From NCBI GenBank assembly GCA_902609885.1, contig CACLTT010000003.1, positions 8,809-72,808 of the forward strand: a stretch of 64,000 bases of DNA. Reading direction: 5' to 3'. The stretch is from an uncultured Candidatus Hydrogenedens sp. (GTDB lineage: Bacteria; Desulfobacterota_D; UBA1144). The notes under the pieces were generated by a model that did not search any database, was not told the DNA's origin, and was given only the letters and a program-made list of their open reading frames with translations. Below, one piece after another: positions 1 to 8,723 of this stretch; the stretch's first letter is position 1; every line of letters begins with the position of its first letter. Made by a program: the position numbers and the translations under genes.

Positions 1-788
1 CAGGTAAATTCGGAGAATATCAGCTTGAAAACCTTTTCAAATTCCACAATTTGCAAAAAGATATTGACTATATGACTCAAGTTTCAGTAAAGACGGATGA
101 TGGAGATTATAGATTAGACGCTGTGTTAGTTTCAGAAGAGAAGTGTCTAATCATTGATTCCAAAGCTACATCAAATATCGAAGTTATTAAAGAGCTAAAA
201 AATGATGAAACATCAAAGGAAAGAATTGATGAAATTAAGAAAGAAATAAAAGATAAGGTAACTAATGAAGCAAACAAGCTATCAAAAAAGGGTTATCACA
301 ATATTGTTGTAAAAGAAAAGTATCATACTCCTGAATTTATAATAATGTTTATCCCAAACGAAAATGTTTTCTTAATAGTTAAAGAGCTTTTAAATAAAGA
401 TACAAATATGATTGCTGAAGGTGTAATTTTGGCAGGTCCTGACAATCTAAATTTTATTATACTAATGTGGCATTACATAAACGGAATATTAAAAGTTCAA
501 GATCAAATCGAAGATATTAGAAATGCAGCAACACAGATTCATAATAGATTTGGTACAGCAGCCGAGCACTTTTCTAGTTTAAAAAATTCCCTAGAATCCA
601 GTGTGAATAACTGGAACAAATTGGTATCAAGTGTTGACTCAAGACTTATACCTTCTGTTAAAAGACTTGAAAAAATGGGAATAAAATCCTCTAAAGAATT
701 ACGTGAAGTTGGAACTATTAAAGAATCGCCAGAAAATTTTAAGAAACTACCTCAAATTAATCAAAAAGAAATTTTTGAGCAAGACTAA
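1..788 (+). CDS. rmuC: DNA recombination protein RmuC family, 5'-truncated at window edge
   Basis: The reading frame is open from position 1. Residue pattern recalled as RmuC-like (not motif-verified); aligns in outline with the C-terminal part of RmuC. Confidence 0.5.
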   Translation, partial: GKFGEYQLENLFKFHNLQKDIDYMTQVSVKTDDGDYRLDAVLVSEEKCLIIDSKATSNIEVIKELKNDETSKERIDEIKKEIKDKVTNEANKLSKKGYHNIVVKEKYHTPEFIIMFIPNENVFLIVKELLNKDTNMIAEGVILAGPDNLNFIILMWHYINGILKVQDQIEDIRNAATQIHNRFGTAAEHFSSLKNSLESSVNNWNKLVSSVDSRLIPSVKRLEKMGIKSSKELREVGTIKESPENFKKLPQINQKEIFEQD

Positions 789-810
789 AAATTTTAAGTA
801 TATTACTCAG

Positions 811-1113
811 ATGAGGATAATCTTAGTTTTTTCATTACTAATTTTGAATTTATCAATTTTTCCTAATTTAACTATGAAAAATCATTTAGATCATAATGAA
901 GCCTCTCATTCTCATCATGGCCACTCAGAAGATATTCCATGCAATAATAATACTACTGAACCTTGCAACGAACATGAATGCTGTACCCTTTTTGTATTCA
1001 AATCATTAAATAATTTTAATTTTATAAACAATACTTCGTTAAAAACTTTTTTTAATAAATCAAAAATATTAAGTCTTAAGTTATCTGAAGTCTTTCGACC
1101 CCCAATTGTTTAA
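811..1113 (+). CDS. small secreted His/Cys-rich protein (putative periplasmic metal-binding)
   Basis: ATG at 811 lies just after the rmuC stop. N-terminal hydrophobic signal-like segment MRIILVFSLLILNLSIF, then HSHHGHSEDIPC...CNEHECC. Confidence 0.4.
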   Translation: MRIILVFSLLILNLSIFPNLTMKNHLDHNEASHSHHGHSEDIPCNNNTTEPCNEHECCTLFVFKSLNNFNFINNTSLKTFFNKSKILSLKLSEVFRPPIV

Positions 1114-1148
1114 TTTTTTTAAATTTAAATAATTGGAGGTTAATAATT

Positions 1149-1781
1149 TTGCATAGATTGCTATTTCTTATAGTTTTCTTCATATCTATAAATGTCTTTT
1201 CTAGACCAGTTTCATACACTGGTGGAACAACTTTTATGGCAATGAATGATGGTGATAGAATATCATCACACACACATTATTCGCCTAAATATTTTTATTC
1301 TGTAGGATATAGATTTGAATATTGGAAAGATAAAGATTATGTAAATCATTTTTTGCAAGGTAATTATCTCGTTGAAAGATTTAATAATACAGACTCTCAA
1401 GCAAATATTTATTTAAAAACAGGAATTGGTACATCTACTTATCTCGAAGGTGATAAAGATTACAATAAATCATATTTTATTGCAGGGTCGGCTGATTGGG
1501 AAACGCAAAAACTATATTCGAATTATGAAGTTAGATATTCGGATATAGGGAATATTGAAGATTTTATTTTTCATTCTGGAGCATTTGGTTTTGCTCCGTA
1601 TGTAGGTAATTATGGGGACTTACACACTTGGGCTCTATACACTTTTCAATATAATGAGGATAGAAATAAAAATAAATTTACCCATGGGCCAAAACTTAGA
1701 TTTTTCAAAAATACAAATTTAATAGAGGTTGGTATCAATAATAAAAAAGATTTGATACTAAATTTAATAATTAGATATTAG
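1149..1781 (+). CDS. outer-membrane beta-barrel protein (small, about 210 aa)
   Basis: TTG start 8 nt after GGAGGT. Signal peptide, alternating amphipathic strands, C-terminal ...IIRY aromatic terminus. Confidence 0.45.
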   Translation: MHRLLFLIVFFISINVFSRPVSYTGGTTFMAMNDGDRISSHTHYSPKYFYSVGYRFEYWKDKDYVNHFLQGNYLVERFNNTDSQANIYLKTGIGTSTYLEGDKDYNKSYFIAGSADWETQKLYSNYEVRYSDIGNIEDFIFHSGAFGFAPYVGNYGDLHTWALYTFQYNEDRNKNKFTHGPKLRFFKNTNLIEVGINNKKDLILNLIIRY

Positions 1782-1792
1782 AGGTTTTAAAA

Positions 1793-2158
1793 ATGAAAAA
1801 GAATATAGTAATAATTCTAACAATTTTATCAGTACTAACATTCAATTCATTTTCACATGACGGTGAGAATCATTCATCAGAGCATAGGTTAAAATTAGAT
1901 TATAAAGCTTCTGTTGGAACAATCGATCCTAACGGAGAAATGATCAGGGTTAATGTTAAAGGGCTTGTTTGTGATTTTTGTGCTAGAGCAATTGAAAAGG
2001 TTTTTATGAAAGAGAAATCAGTTGCTGGTCTGACAGTAAATCTTGCAGAAAAAGAAATTAAAATTTTTACAAAAAAAGGTATGAATATTGATGATGATAT
2101 TATAAGAGAAAAGATTAAAGATTCTGGATATATTGTTTCATCAATAGAAAGAATTTGA
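1793..2158 (+). CDS. periplasmic heavy-metal-associated (HMA) domain protein, MerP-like
   Basis: Signal peptide followed by the HMA motif GLVCDFCARAIEK (CxxC) in a ferredoxin-like betaalphabetabetaalphabeta layout. Confidence 0.65.
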   Translation: MKKNIVIILTILSVLTFNSFSHDGENHSSEHRLKLDYKASVGTIDPNGEMIRVNVKGLVCDFCARAIEKVFMKEKSVAGLTVNLAEKEIKIFTKKGMNIDDDIIREKIKDSGYIVSSIERI

Positions 2159-2535
2159 TGGATAAAGAAAAGAAATCATTATTAACACAAATTCTTGTTC
2201 TTTTTGCCAGCAGCAGTACCTTAGTATGTTGTGCTATACCTGCACTTCTGGTGGCAATTGGCGCAACAGGTGCATTAATAAGTCTTTTTTCAAATATCCC
2301 TTTTCTAATAACTATTAGTGAGAATAAAGAAATGGTTTTTATCATATCAGGCTTATTAATAATTATTGCATTTTGGACTCAGAGAAAAGATGAAATAGAT
2401 TCTTGTGAGCTTGATGACACACTGATGATGTCATGTAATAATCTCAAAAAAATTAATAAAATAATACTCTATTCAAGTTTGTTTATATATTTAGTTGGAC
2501 TATTCTTTGCATTTTTTGCTAAATATTTAATCTAA
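2155..2535 (+). CDS. MerT-like inner-membrane metal transporter
   Basis: Three TM segments. TM1 reads ASSSTLVCCAIPALLVAIGATGA (CC pair as in MerT ASACCLGPLV). The loop after TM2 carries a second Cys pair (DSCELDDTLMMSC). Its start overlaps the stop of the MerP-like gene. Confidence 0.6.
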   Translation: MMDKEKKSLLTQILVLFASSSTLVCCAIPALLVAIGATGALISLFSNIPFLITISENKEMVFIISGLLIIIAFWTQRKDEIDSCELDDTLMMSCNNLKKINKIILYSSLFIYLVGLFFAFFAKYLI

Positions 2536-2564
2536 AATGAGCTTTTAAATTTAAAGCTCATTTT
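2535..2564. terminator. bidirectional hairpin between convergent genes
   Basis: aaatgagcttt...aaagctcattt, about 11-bp stem, flanked by A/T runs. Confidence 0.5.
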
Positions 2565-2585
2565 AGATTATAAAGTTATTTTAAA

Positions 2586-2966
2586 TTATAAAGTAATTAC
2601 TTGATCGGGTGGGTTACCAGAAAGTGCTGTATATAGCTGCGGGAAACAACCAACGTGTACTCCATTTACAACATCTTTGGGTTTAACTTCGCCGGTTCCA
2701 CACTGACTGAATTCTCCTTCGGCAAGATTACGTCTTAAAGCACATTGGTCACATGCCATTAAAAGAATATTTTTTTCCTCTGCAATTTTAGCTAGACGCT
2801 CCCCTACTGGATCGCCCTTTCTTAAAGAAAAAACATTATCGTCAAAAAAGAACATTCCTACTACTTCAACAATATGACTATCAGCCTCAAGTTGTGGTAA
2901 TATCATTGACGATAATTTATAAGTTGCTGCCATATCGTTGGCAAAAACATAAGCTATTTTTATGAT
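2586..2966 (-). CDS. DsrE/DsrF (YchN/TusD-like) sulfur-relay family protein; start codon uncertain (possible AUC/AUA)
   Basis: Conserved Cys in LLMACDQCA. The conserved N-terminal strand IIIKIAYVFAN is encoded in frame upstream of the first ATG (2933). There is no ATG/GTG/TTG between the in-frame stop at 2979-2981 and 2933. Confidence 0.5.
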   Translation of the reverse strand: MIKIAYVFANDMAATYKLSSMILPQLEADSHIVEVVGMFFFDDNVFSLRKGDPVGERLAKIAEEKNILLMACDQCALRRNLAEGEFSQCGTGEVKPKDVVNGVHVGCFPQLYTALSGNPPDQVITL

Positions 2967-2968
2967 GA

Positions 2969-3889
2969 TTAACCTCCTTTAGATAAACATTCACGCAAAT
3001 TTTTTGAAAGATTAGTGACTAATTCAAAATAAAGATTTTTTCCAGGTGTTAAATTAAAACCTAGCGGGTCGAGCTCACCCTCTTTAGCATTGGTTTCCTG
3101 TATTACGGTTTGAACAATTCTTGATGGAAATTGAGGCTCTCTAAACAAACATACTACATTATCTTTTTCTATTTTCGTTTTAATTTCTTGAATCCTTTTT
3201 GGAGTAGGAGAAATATCTGGGTTTAAAGATATCGAACCAACTGAATTTAGTGAGTAATCTGCTTCAAAATACTGATAAGCATCATGAAATACAATATATG
3301 GCTCATTATTAACACTAGCTAATTTAGCACTAAGATCTTTATTAGTTTTTGATACTTTTTTTATAAATTCTTTTGCATTTGCTTTATAAAAATTTTTTTT
3401 ATCGGGTGATATTTTTGATAGCTCTTTTACAAAAAACTTTGTTAGCTTTATTACATTCTTAGTGCCAAGCCAAATGTGTGCATCATAAGCTCCGTGATTA
3501 TGTTCATGATGATCACCGTGGTCTTCTTCTTCCCATACACCGCCCTCTCTTATTGGCAGTAATGATAAATCTGCATTACCTAAAATTTTTATTGTTTTTG
3601 TATCTTCACCTAGAGCATTTAGAGGTCTTTCAATAAAAGATTCAATTGATTCATCAATATATATAAGTACATCTGAATCTGTTATTTTTTTCATGTCTGA
3701 GGGCTTAAGTTTAAAATCATGTGGGGACGAATTATTATTTAATAATAATTCAACATCTGAATCTACTATATTTAATAAAATGGAATGAATAGGTTTAATT
3801 GTCGTTATTATTTTCTTTTCATTACTATTTGCGACGAGTGTAAAGTTTAATAATAATAAAGTTAATAAAAAAGTGTATAAAATTTTCAC
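2969..3889 (-). CDS. znuA: zinc ABC transporter substrate-binding protein ZnuA
   Basis: Cluster-9 SBP fold with the characteristic His-rich loop EEEDHGDHHEHNHGAYDAHIW. A GTG start at 3889 gives the signal peptide KILYTFLLTLLLLNFTLVANS. The longer ORF to 3961 would run over the Zur box. Confidence 0.85.
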   Translation of the reverse strand: MKILYTFLLTLLLLNFTLVANSNEKKIITTIKPIHSILLNIVDSDVELLLNNNSSPHDFKLKPSDMKKITDSDVLIYIDESIESFIERPLNALGEDTKTIKILGNADLSLLPIREGGVWEEEDHGDHHEHNHGAYDAHIWLGTKNVIKLTKFFVKELSKISPDKKNFYKANAKEFIKKVSKTNKDLSAKLASVNNEPYIVFHDAYQYFEADYSLNSVGSISLNPDISPTPKRIQEIKTKIEKDNVVCLFREPQFPSRIVQTVIQETNAKEGELDPLGFNLTPGKNLYFELVTNLSKNLRECLSKGG

Positions 3890-3891
3890 AG

Positions 3892-3906
3892 TGTTATAAT
3901 ATAACA
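3892..3906. promoter_or_regulatory. Zur box (Fur-family operator) in the znuA/zur divergent promoter
   Basis: Perfect 7-1-7 palindrome TGTTATAaTATAACA, matching the core of the enterobacterial Zur consensus GAAATGTTATANTATAACATTTC. Confidence 0.75.
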
Positions 3907-4386
3907 ATGGGTTTTTTAATGTCAAATTGTTCAAATCATAATTTATGTATTGATTCTGCACTCGCAGAAGCAGAAAAAATATGTAATCAAAAAAATATAC
4001 GCTTTACAGATTTGAGGAGAACAGTTTTAAAAATAATATGGCAAAATCATAAAGCAATAAAAGCTTATGACATACTAGATCAGATATCTGGTATGAATTT
4101 TTCAGCCAAACCGCCTACTGTTTATAGAGCTCTAGATTTTTTACTAGAAAACGGATTCATTCATAAAATTAATAGTTTAAATTCATATATTGGATGCCCT
4201 CACCCCCTTCAAAATGAACAATGTTATTTTATTATCTGCTCTTCTTGTGATGAAATAGAAGAATGTAGTGACAAAAACATAACTAATGCCATTAAAACTG
4301 TAATGGAAAAAAATAAATTTACTCATAACAATATCGCGATTGAAATTGATGGTACTTGCAATAGTTGCCTAGAAAATAGAAAATAA
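3907..4386 (+). CDS. zur: zinc uptake regulator (Fur family)
   Basis: Called from genomic context (znuA/znuCB, Zur box) and Fur-family size. A Cys-rich C-terminus (C..C ... CxxC) is present; the N-terminal DNA-binding fold is a family assumption. The ATG abuts the Zur box, so the true start may be the internal Met at 3919. Confidence 0.75.
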   Translation: MGFLMSNCSNHNLCIDSALAEAEKICNQKNIRFTDLRRTVLKIIWQNHKAIKAYDILDQISGMNFSAKPPTVYRALDFLLENGFIHKINSLNSYIGCPHPLQNEQCYFIICSSCDEIEECSDKNITNAIKTVMEKNKFTHNNIAIEIDGTCNSCLENRK

Positions 4387-4390
4387 CCTC

Positions 4391-5113
4391 ATGCTAATTC
4401 AAGCTGAAAATATATCAGTTATCCGAAATAAAAAAGAAATACTTAAAAATGTAAATATAAATATTCAAGAAAGAGACTTTGTAACTATTTTAGGACCAAA
4501 TGGTGGGGGAAAATCAATGCTCCTAAAGTGCTTATTAGGATTTTACAATCCAGATTTTGGATCAGTTACAAAATCATCTAAATTAAGAGTATCTTACACA
4601 CCTCAAGATTTCACAGTTGATAAATCTATACCAATCAGGGCTTTAGATTTTATAATGTTAAATAAAAGTAAAAAAAATAAAAAAATTAATGATATCTTCC
4701 AGGAACTTAATATTGAAAATATTCTAAATCAACAATTGTCGACTCTATCTGGCGGAGAGTTACAAAAAATATTAATTACTAGATCATTAATTGATAATCC
4801 TAATCTATTAATACTTGATGAGCCAACTCAGAACCTAGATGTTTCAGGACAACTAAATTTCTATAAGTTTTTGAACAGAATATATGAGAGTAGAAACATA
4901 AGTATTTTAATGGTCTCCCATGACTTACATATGGTTATGGCATCTACAAAAAAAGTTATTTGTTTATCTAACCATATATGTTGTTCCGGTGAGCCATCAA
5001 CCATTACCGATGATCCAGAATTTGCTAATTTGTTTGGTCATGATTTTGCAAACATGATGTCTCTATATAGACATGATATCAATCATAAACATAATGGGGA
5101 ATCAGATGATTGA
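4391..5113 (+). CDS. znuC: zinc ABC transporter ATP-binding protein
   Basis: Walker A GPNGGGKS, ABC signature LSGGELQK, Walker B LLILDEP. Confidence 0.85.
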   Translation: MLIQAENISVIRNKKEILKNVNINIQERDFVTILGPNGGGKSMLLKCLLGFYNPDFGSVTKSSKLRVSYTPQDFTVDKSIPIRALDFIMLNKSKKNKKINDIFQELNIENILNQQLSTLSGGELQKILITRSLIDNPNLLILDEPTQNLDVSGQLNFYKFLNRIYESRNISILMVSHDLHMVMASTKKVICLSNHICCSGEPSTITDDPEFANLFGHDFANMMSLYRHDINHKHNGESDD

Positions 5114-5891
5114 TAATTTTATAATAAATGCCTTAATAGCAGGAATTTGTGTATCAATAATAGCTGGTGGACTTGGTTGCTTTATTGTATGGAAAAAAAT
5201 GGCTTACTTCGGTGACTCTTTATCTCATAGTAGTTTATTTGGAATAGCACTAGGAATTATACTGGGTTTTAATGCAACTATAGGAACTTTTATAACCTGT
5301 TTAATTTTTGCCGGATTTCTTAGTTATTTACAAAATAAAAAAATCTTTTCAAATGATACCCTCTTAGGAATTCTTGCTCATGCATCTTTATCTATTGGAA
5401 TAATAGCAATAAGCTTATCAGGTCAATATGTGAATTTAGATGCTTATTTATTTGGGGATATTTTGACTGTTACTAATCAAGAAATAAATTTTTTCATAAT
5501 CGCGGCGATAGCTGTAACCAGTAGTTTGTTTTTTATATGGGAAAAACTAGTTCTGATAACGATTAATGAAGATATAGCTAGGGCCGAAAATATTAATACA
5601 AAAATTATTCAATCTATTTTTTTGATTCTTTTAGTAGTATTTGTTGCTACATGTGTAAAAATCGTAGGAATTCTATTAATAACTTCAATGTTAATAATTC
5701 CTGCTGCAACATCTAGGCAAATTACTAACTCTCCTGGAAATATGGCAATTGTTTCTGGATTATTAGGGATAATATCTATCATCTGTGGAGTATATTTGTC
5801 TATAATAGCTGATATACCAACGGGTCCTTCGATAATATTTGTTCTAACTCTAATTTTTGTTTTGGTCCTATCAATCTATAGAAAAAATTAA
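5106..5891 (+). CDS. znuB: zinc ABC transporter permease (ABC-3 family)
   Basis: Polytopic membrane protein typical of ZnuB/MntB. Its start overlaps the znuC stop. Confidence 0.8.
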   Translation: MIDNFIINALIAGICVSIIAGGLGCFIVWKKMAYFGDSLSHSSLFGIALGIILGFNATIGTFITCLIFAGFLSYLQNKKIFSNDTLLGILAHASLSIGIIAISLSGQYVNLDAYLFGDILTVTNQEINFFIIAAIAVTSSLFFIWEKLVLITINEDIARAENINTKIIQSIFLILLVVFVATCVKIVGILLITSMLIIPAATSRQITNSPGNMAIVSGLLGIISIICGVYLSIIADIPTGPSIIFVLTLIFVLVLSIYRKN

Positions 5892-5908
5892 CTTGATGTT
5901 AATAAATG

Positions 5909-5924
5909 TTATGTTATAACATAA
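5909..5924. promoter_or_regulatory. candidate Fur/Zur-type operator upstream of the His-rich protein gene
   Basis: Perfect 16-bp palindrome TTATGTTATAACATAA containing the TGTTAT/ATAACA half-sites, 27 bp upstream of the ATG at 5951. Confidence 0.5.
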
Positions 5925-5950
5925 TTACTATTTTTTAAGGCGGTGACTAA

Positions 5951-7138
5951 ATGAAGAATTTATTCTTATCATTTATAATTTTTTTATTAATTTTAGTGCC
6001 TTTTGAGTCCTTTTCTAAAGGTCACGAAAGTCATGATGATCACTCTGATCATGGAGGAGATACAGGTTTTTATATCCATTCTGGTATAAGAATACATCTC
6101 GACAAAACTCTTGATGCAGAAGAAGAAGGAGAGCAAGTTGATGAAGCCTCCACTCATTCACATTTTGAAATTGGTTACAACTTTAACGAAATGTTCTCTA
6201 TTATTTCAGATATTAAAATTGAGGGTGGTGATCATGGACACGCACACGGTGAAGAAGAATCTGAAACTCCAAAAGATAAGTTTTTTGAAGAACATAAAAC
6301 TATTGTAAACAAACTTTATATAAATATAAAAGCTGAGGATTTTGATTTTTATATTGGTAAATTCTCTCCTGTTGTAGGTATAGACTTTCATAAATTTCCT
6401 GGAGCTTATGGGTATCAAGAAGTTGAAGGTTATGCCCTACTTCAAAAGGTTGGATTGGGAGCTCAGTATACTGCTGATCTAGAGGATGCAGGTACTCACA
6501 AATTCAATTTATCAAGTTTTTATCAAGATACGTCATCATTAAGTCATTCTAGAATAAATAATGATGGTAAACTTCGTAAAGCAGACGGAGGTATCTCAAA
6601 TACAGAAGATCTATCCTCTTATGCAATTTCATTAAAAGGTAAAAACTTCTTTTCTCTTGATAATAATTTCTTAGATGGTTTCATGTACCAAATTGGGCAT
6701 GCAAAACAAGCAAAAGGTACAGGCGGAGAAGCTGATGAAAAAAGATACTCTGTTGGTTTTTCTCATAAATCATACTTGTCTGAAGATGTAACAATGATGT
6801 TAATTTTTGAATATATGGATATTGAAAAGCTGGGCGGTGAGAAGGGTCACGATAGAACCTATACTACCTATGGAGCAAATTTTGAATATGACAAATTCAC
6901 ACTTGGTGGAACAATAACTTTGAAAGATAATGACGCCGAAGAAGCTGATGAAAATGTAAATGACAGCGTTCGTCAGTTCTCTTTAGGATATTTTGTTACT
7001 GATCAGTTCAAAGTTGATATTGGCTATAAAAGAAAAAAGGCCTCTAATGAAGTTTCTAAAATAGCTGGAATAACTCTTAAATATGTTTTTGATTGGCCAA
7101 CAGGTGGACATGCAGGTCATGACCATCACGATCATTAA
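5951..7138 (+). CDS. secreted His-rich protein, probable outer-membrane beta-barrel; putative Zur-regulon metal-binding protein
   Basis: Signal peptide. N-terminal HESHDDHSDHGGD and C-terminal KYVFDWPTGGHAGHDHHDH His clusters. Central part has an alternating strand pattern ending in an aromatic residue. Confidence 0.45.
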   Translation: MKNLFLSFIIFLLILVPFESFSKGHESHDDHSDHGGDTGFYIHSGIRIHLDKTLDAEEEGEQVDEASTHSHFEIGYNFNEMFSIISDIKIEGGDHGHAHGEEESETPKDKFFEEHKTIVNKLYINIKAEDFDFYIGKFSPVVGIDFHKFPGAYGYQEVEGYALLQKVGLGAQYTADLEDAGTHKFNLSSFYQDTSSLSHSRINNDGKLRKADGGISNTEDLSSYAISLKGKNFFSLDNNFLDGFMYQIGHAKQAKGTGGEADEKRYSVGFSHKSYLSEDVTMMLIFEYMDIEKLGGEKGHDRTYTTYGANFEYDKFTLGGTITLKDNDAEEADENVNDSVRQFSLGYFVTDQFKVDIGYKRKKASNEVSKIAGITLKYVFDWPTGGHAGHDHHDH

Positions 7139-7157
7139 TAAATCTTAAAAACTCTAT

Positions 7158-7203
7158 AAACCCTGAATATTTCAAAACTTAAATTAAATATTCAGGGTTT
7201 TTT
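7158..7203 (+). terminator. rho-independent terminator
   Basis: aaaccctgaatattt / aaatattcagggttt 15-bp stem followed by T7. Confidence 0.75.
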
Positions 7204-7248
7204 CATTAATTTTATAAAATGGTTCAAATATTGCCATGAATATTAATA

Positions 7249-8247
7249 TTGCAAAAAATAACTTTAATACCTGGTGATGGCATAGGCCAAGAAGTAGTTC
7301 TTGGGACTAAACAGATAATAGATAGTCTTGGTTTAGATATCCAATGGGATATAGTAACAACCCCCATGGATGATAAAACTAAGAAAATATCTGAGGAACT
7401 TGAAAAATCATTATCAATTACAAAAGTAGGATTGAAAGGACCTCTGACAACACCCGTTGGTGAAGGATTTAGAAGTATCAATGTTGAAATAAGAAAAAGA
7501 TTTGAATTATTTGCGAATCTGAGACCTATTAAAACTCTCCAAGGTTTTAAAACTAATTATAAAGATCTTGATATGATAATTATTAGAGAAAATACAGAAG
7601 ATCTATATGCTGGTAAAGAACTTGAAATAGCCAAAGGCGTAACTCAATCAATGAAAATAGTAACAACTGCTGCATCTGATAGAGTAGCTAAGTTTGCTTT
7701 TCAATATGCTTTAGAAAATAAAAGAAAAAAAGTTACAGTTCTTCACAAAGCAAACATTATGAAATTAACTGATGGTTTATTTTTAGATAGAGTGAGAAGA
7801 ATATCACGCAGAAAAATATATAAAGATATAGAATATGAAGAATTGATAATTGATAATGCTTGTATGCAACTAGTAATGAATCCAAATAGGTTTGATATAA
7901 TTTTGACAGGAAATCTATTTGGCGATATTGTTTCAGATCTTTGCGCAGGACTTGTTGGGGGATTAGGTGCTGCATCAGGGGCAAATCTTGGTTCGAACTT
8001 TGCTGTTTTTGAACCTGTTCATGGCACTGCACCAGATATTGCAGGAAAAGGTATAGCGAATCCTTTGGCTACGATATTATCTTCAATAATGATGTTAAAC
8101 CATATTGGCATGAAAGAGGGAGCAGTAAAACTAAATAAGGCAGTTCTTTATACTCTATCTTTTCCAGAGAATAGAATGAGAGATATGGGTGGAAAATTAA
8201 AAACCAAAGACTTTATTAATAAAATAATTTCAAATATTAAAAATTAA
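7249..8247 (+). CDS. isocitrate/isopropylmalate dehydrogenase family enzyme (size suggests NAD-IDH-like)
   Basis: NLFGDIVSDLCAGLVGGLGAASGANLG signature and the GDGIGQE N-terminus. Start is TTG; the upstream ATG at 7236 is out of frame. Confidence 0.8.
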   Translation: MQKITLIPGDGIGQEVVLGTKQIIDSLGLDIQWDIVTTPMDDKTKKISEELEKSLSITKVGLKGPLTTPVGEGFRSINVEIRKRFELFANLRPIKTLQGFKTNYKDLDMIIIRENTEDLYAGKELEIAKGVTQSMKIVTTAASDRVAKFAFQYALENKRKKVTVLHKANIMKLTDGLFLDRVRRISRRKIYKDIEYEELIIDNACMQLVMNPNRFDIILTGNLFGDIVSDLCAGLVGGLGAASGANLGSNFAVFEPVHGTAPDIAGKGIANPLATILSSIMMLNHIGMKEGAVKLNKAVLYTLSFPENRMRDMGGKLKTKDFINKIISNIKN

Positions 8248-8293
8248 TTTTTTTGATTTTTTAAATAAGAACTTTTCAGGGTAAAATTAATAT

Positions 8294-8713
8294 ATGAAAT
8301 ATTTAATTTATTTATTCTTACTTGTATTTTCATTTAACATAATTGGGATAACCAACTCTATTGCATCCACTACTCATGAGCAAACATGTAGAGATTTTAT
8401 AGAATTATTAAATGATACTACTGCAAGAATATCAGATTTAAACTTTAGTATGGAAGAAGAAGCTGTTCAGATGAAAAATGAAGTAGTAGAAGAACAATTA
8501 TCTATACTTAAAAAATATTATGGAGAATTAGGAGTTGGTGAGCTTGAGGTTGCTTGGCAAGAGGTGTGGGGAACAAAATTTTTTGAAGCGTCTTCAGCTA
8601 CAGCAAATACTCAAAGAGAAAAAGTTATCGAGATTTGTGGTGGCTATTATAATGAAACTGAATTAAACCAAATGGATTTCGTTTTACCAAGCTATTACGA
8701 GCTTAATGAATAA
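8294..8713 (+). CDS. hypothetical secreted protein
   Basis: Signal peptide; no recognisable domain. Confidence 0.4.
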   Translation: MKYLIYLFLLVFSFNIIGITNSIASTTHEQTCRDFIELLNDTTARISDLNFSMEEEAVQMKNEVVEEQLSILKKYYGELGVGELEVAWQEVWGTKFFEASSATANTQREKVIEICGGYYNETELNQMDFVLPSYYELNE

Positions 8714-8723
8714 TAAAATTTTT

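Noticed and set aside
1793-2535. Mercury-resistance (mer) operon
   Set aside because: The MerP/MerT-like pair is present but there is no merA, merR or merB nearby. The lpdA at 49.9 kb has the lipoamide dehydrogenase C-terminus (HPTLSE), not the MerA C-terminal Cys pair.
7236-7248. ATG at 7236 as the start of the IDH-family gene
   Set aside because: It is out of frame and hits a stop after 13 codons. The in-frame TTG at 7249 is used.
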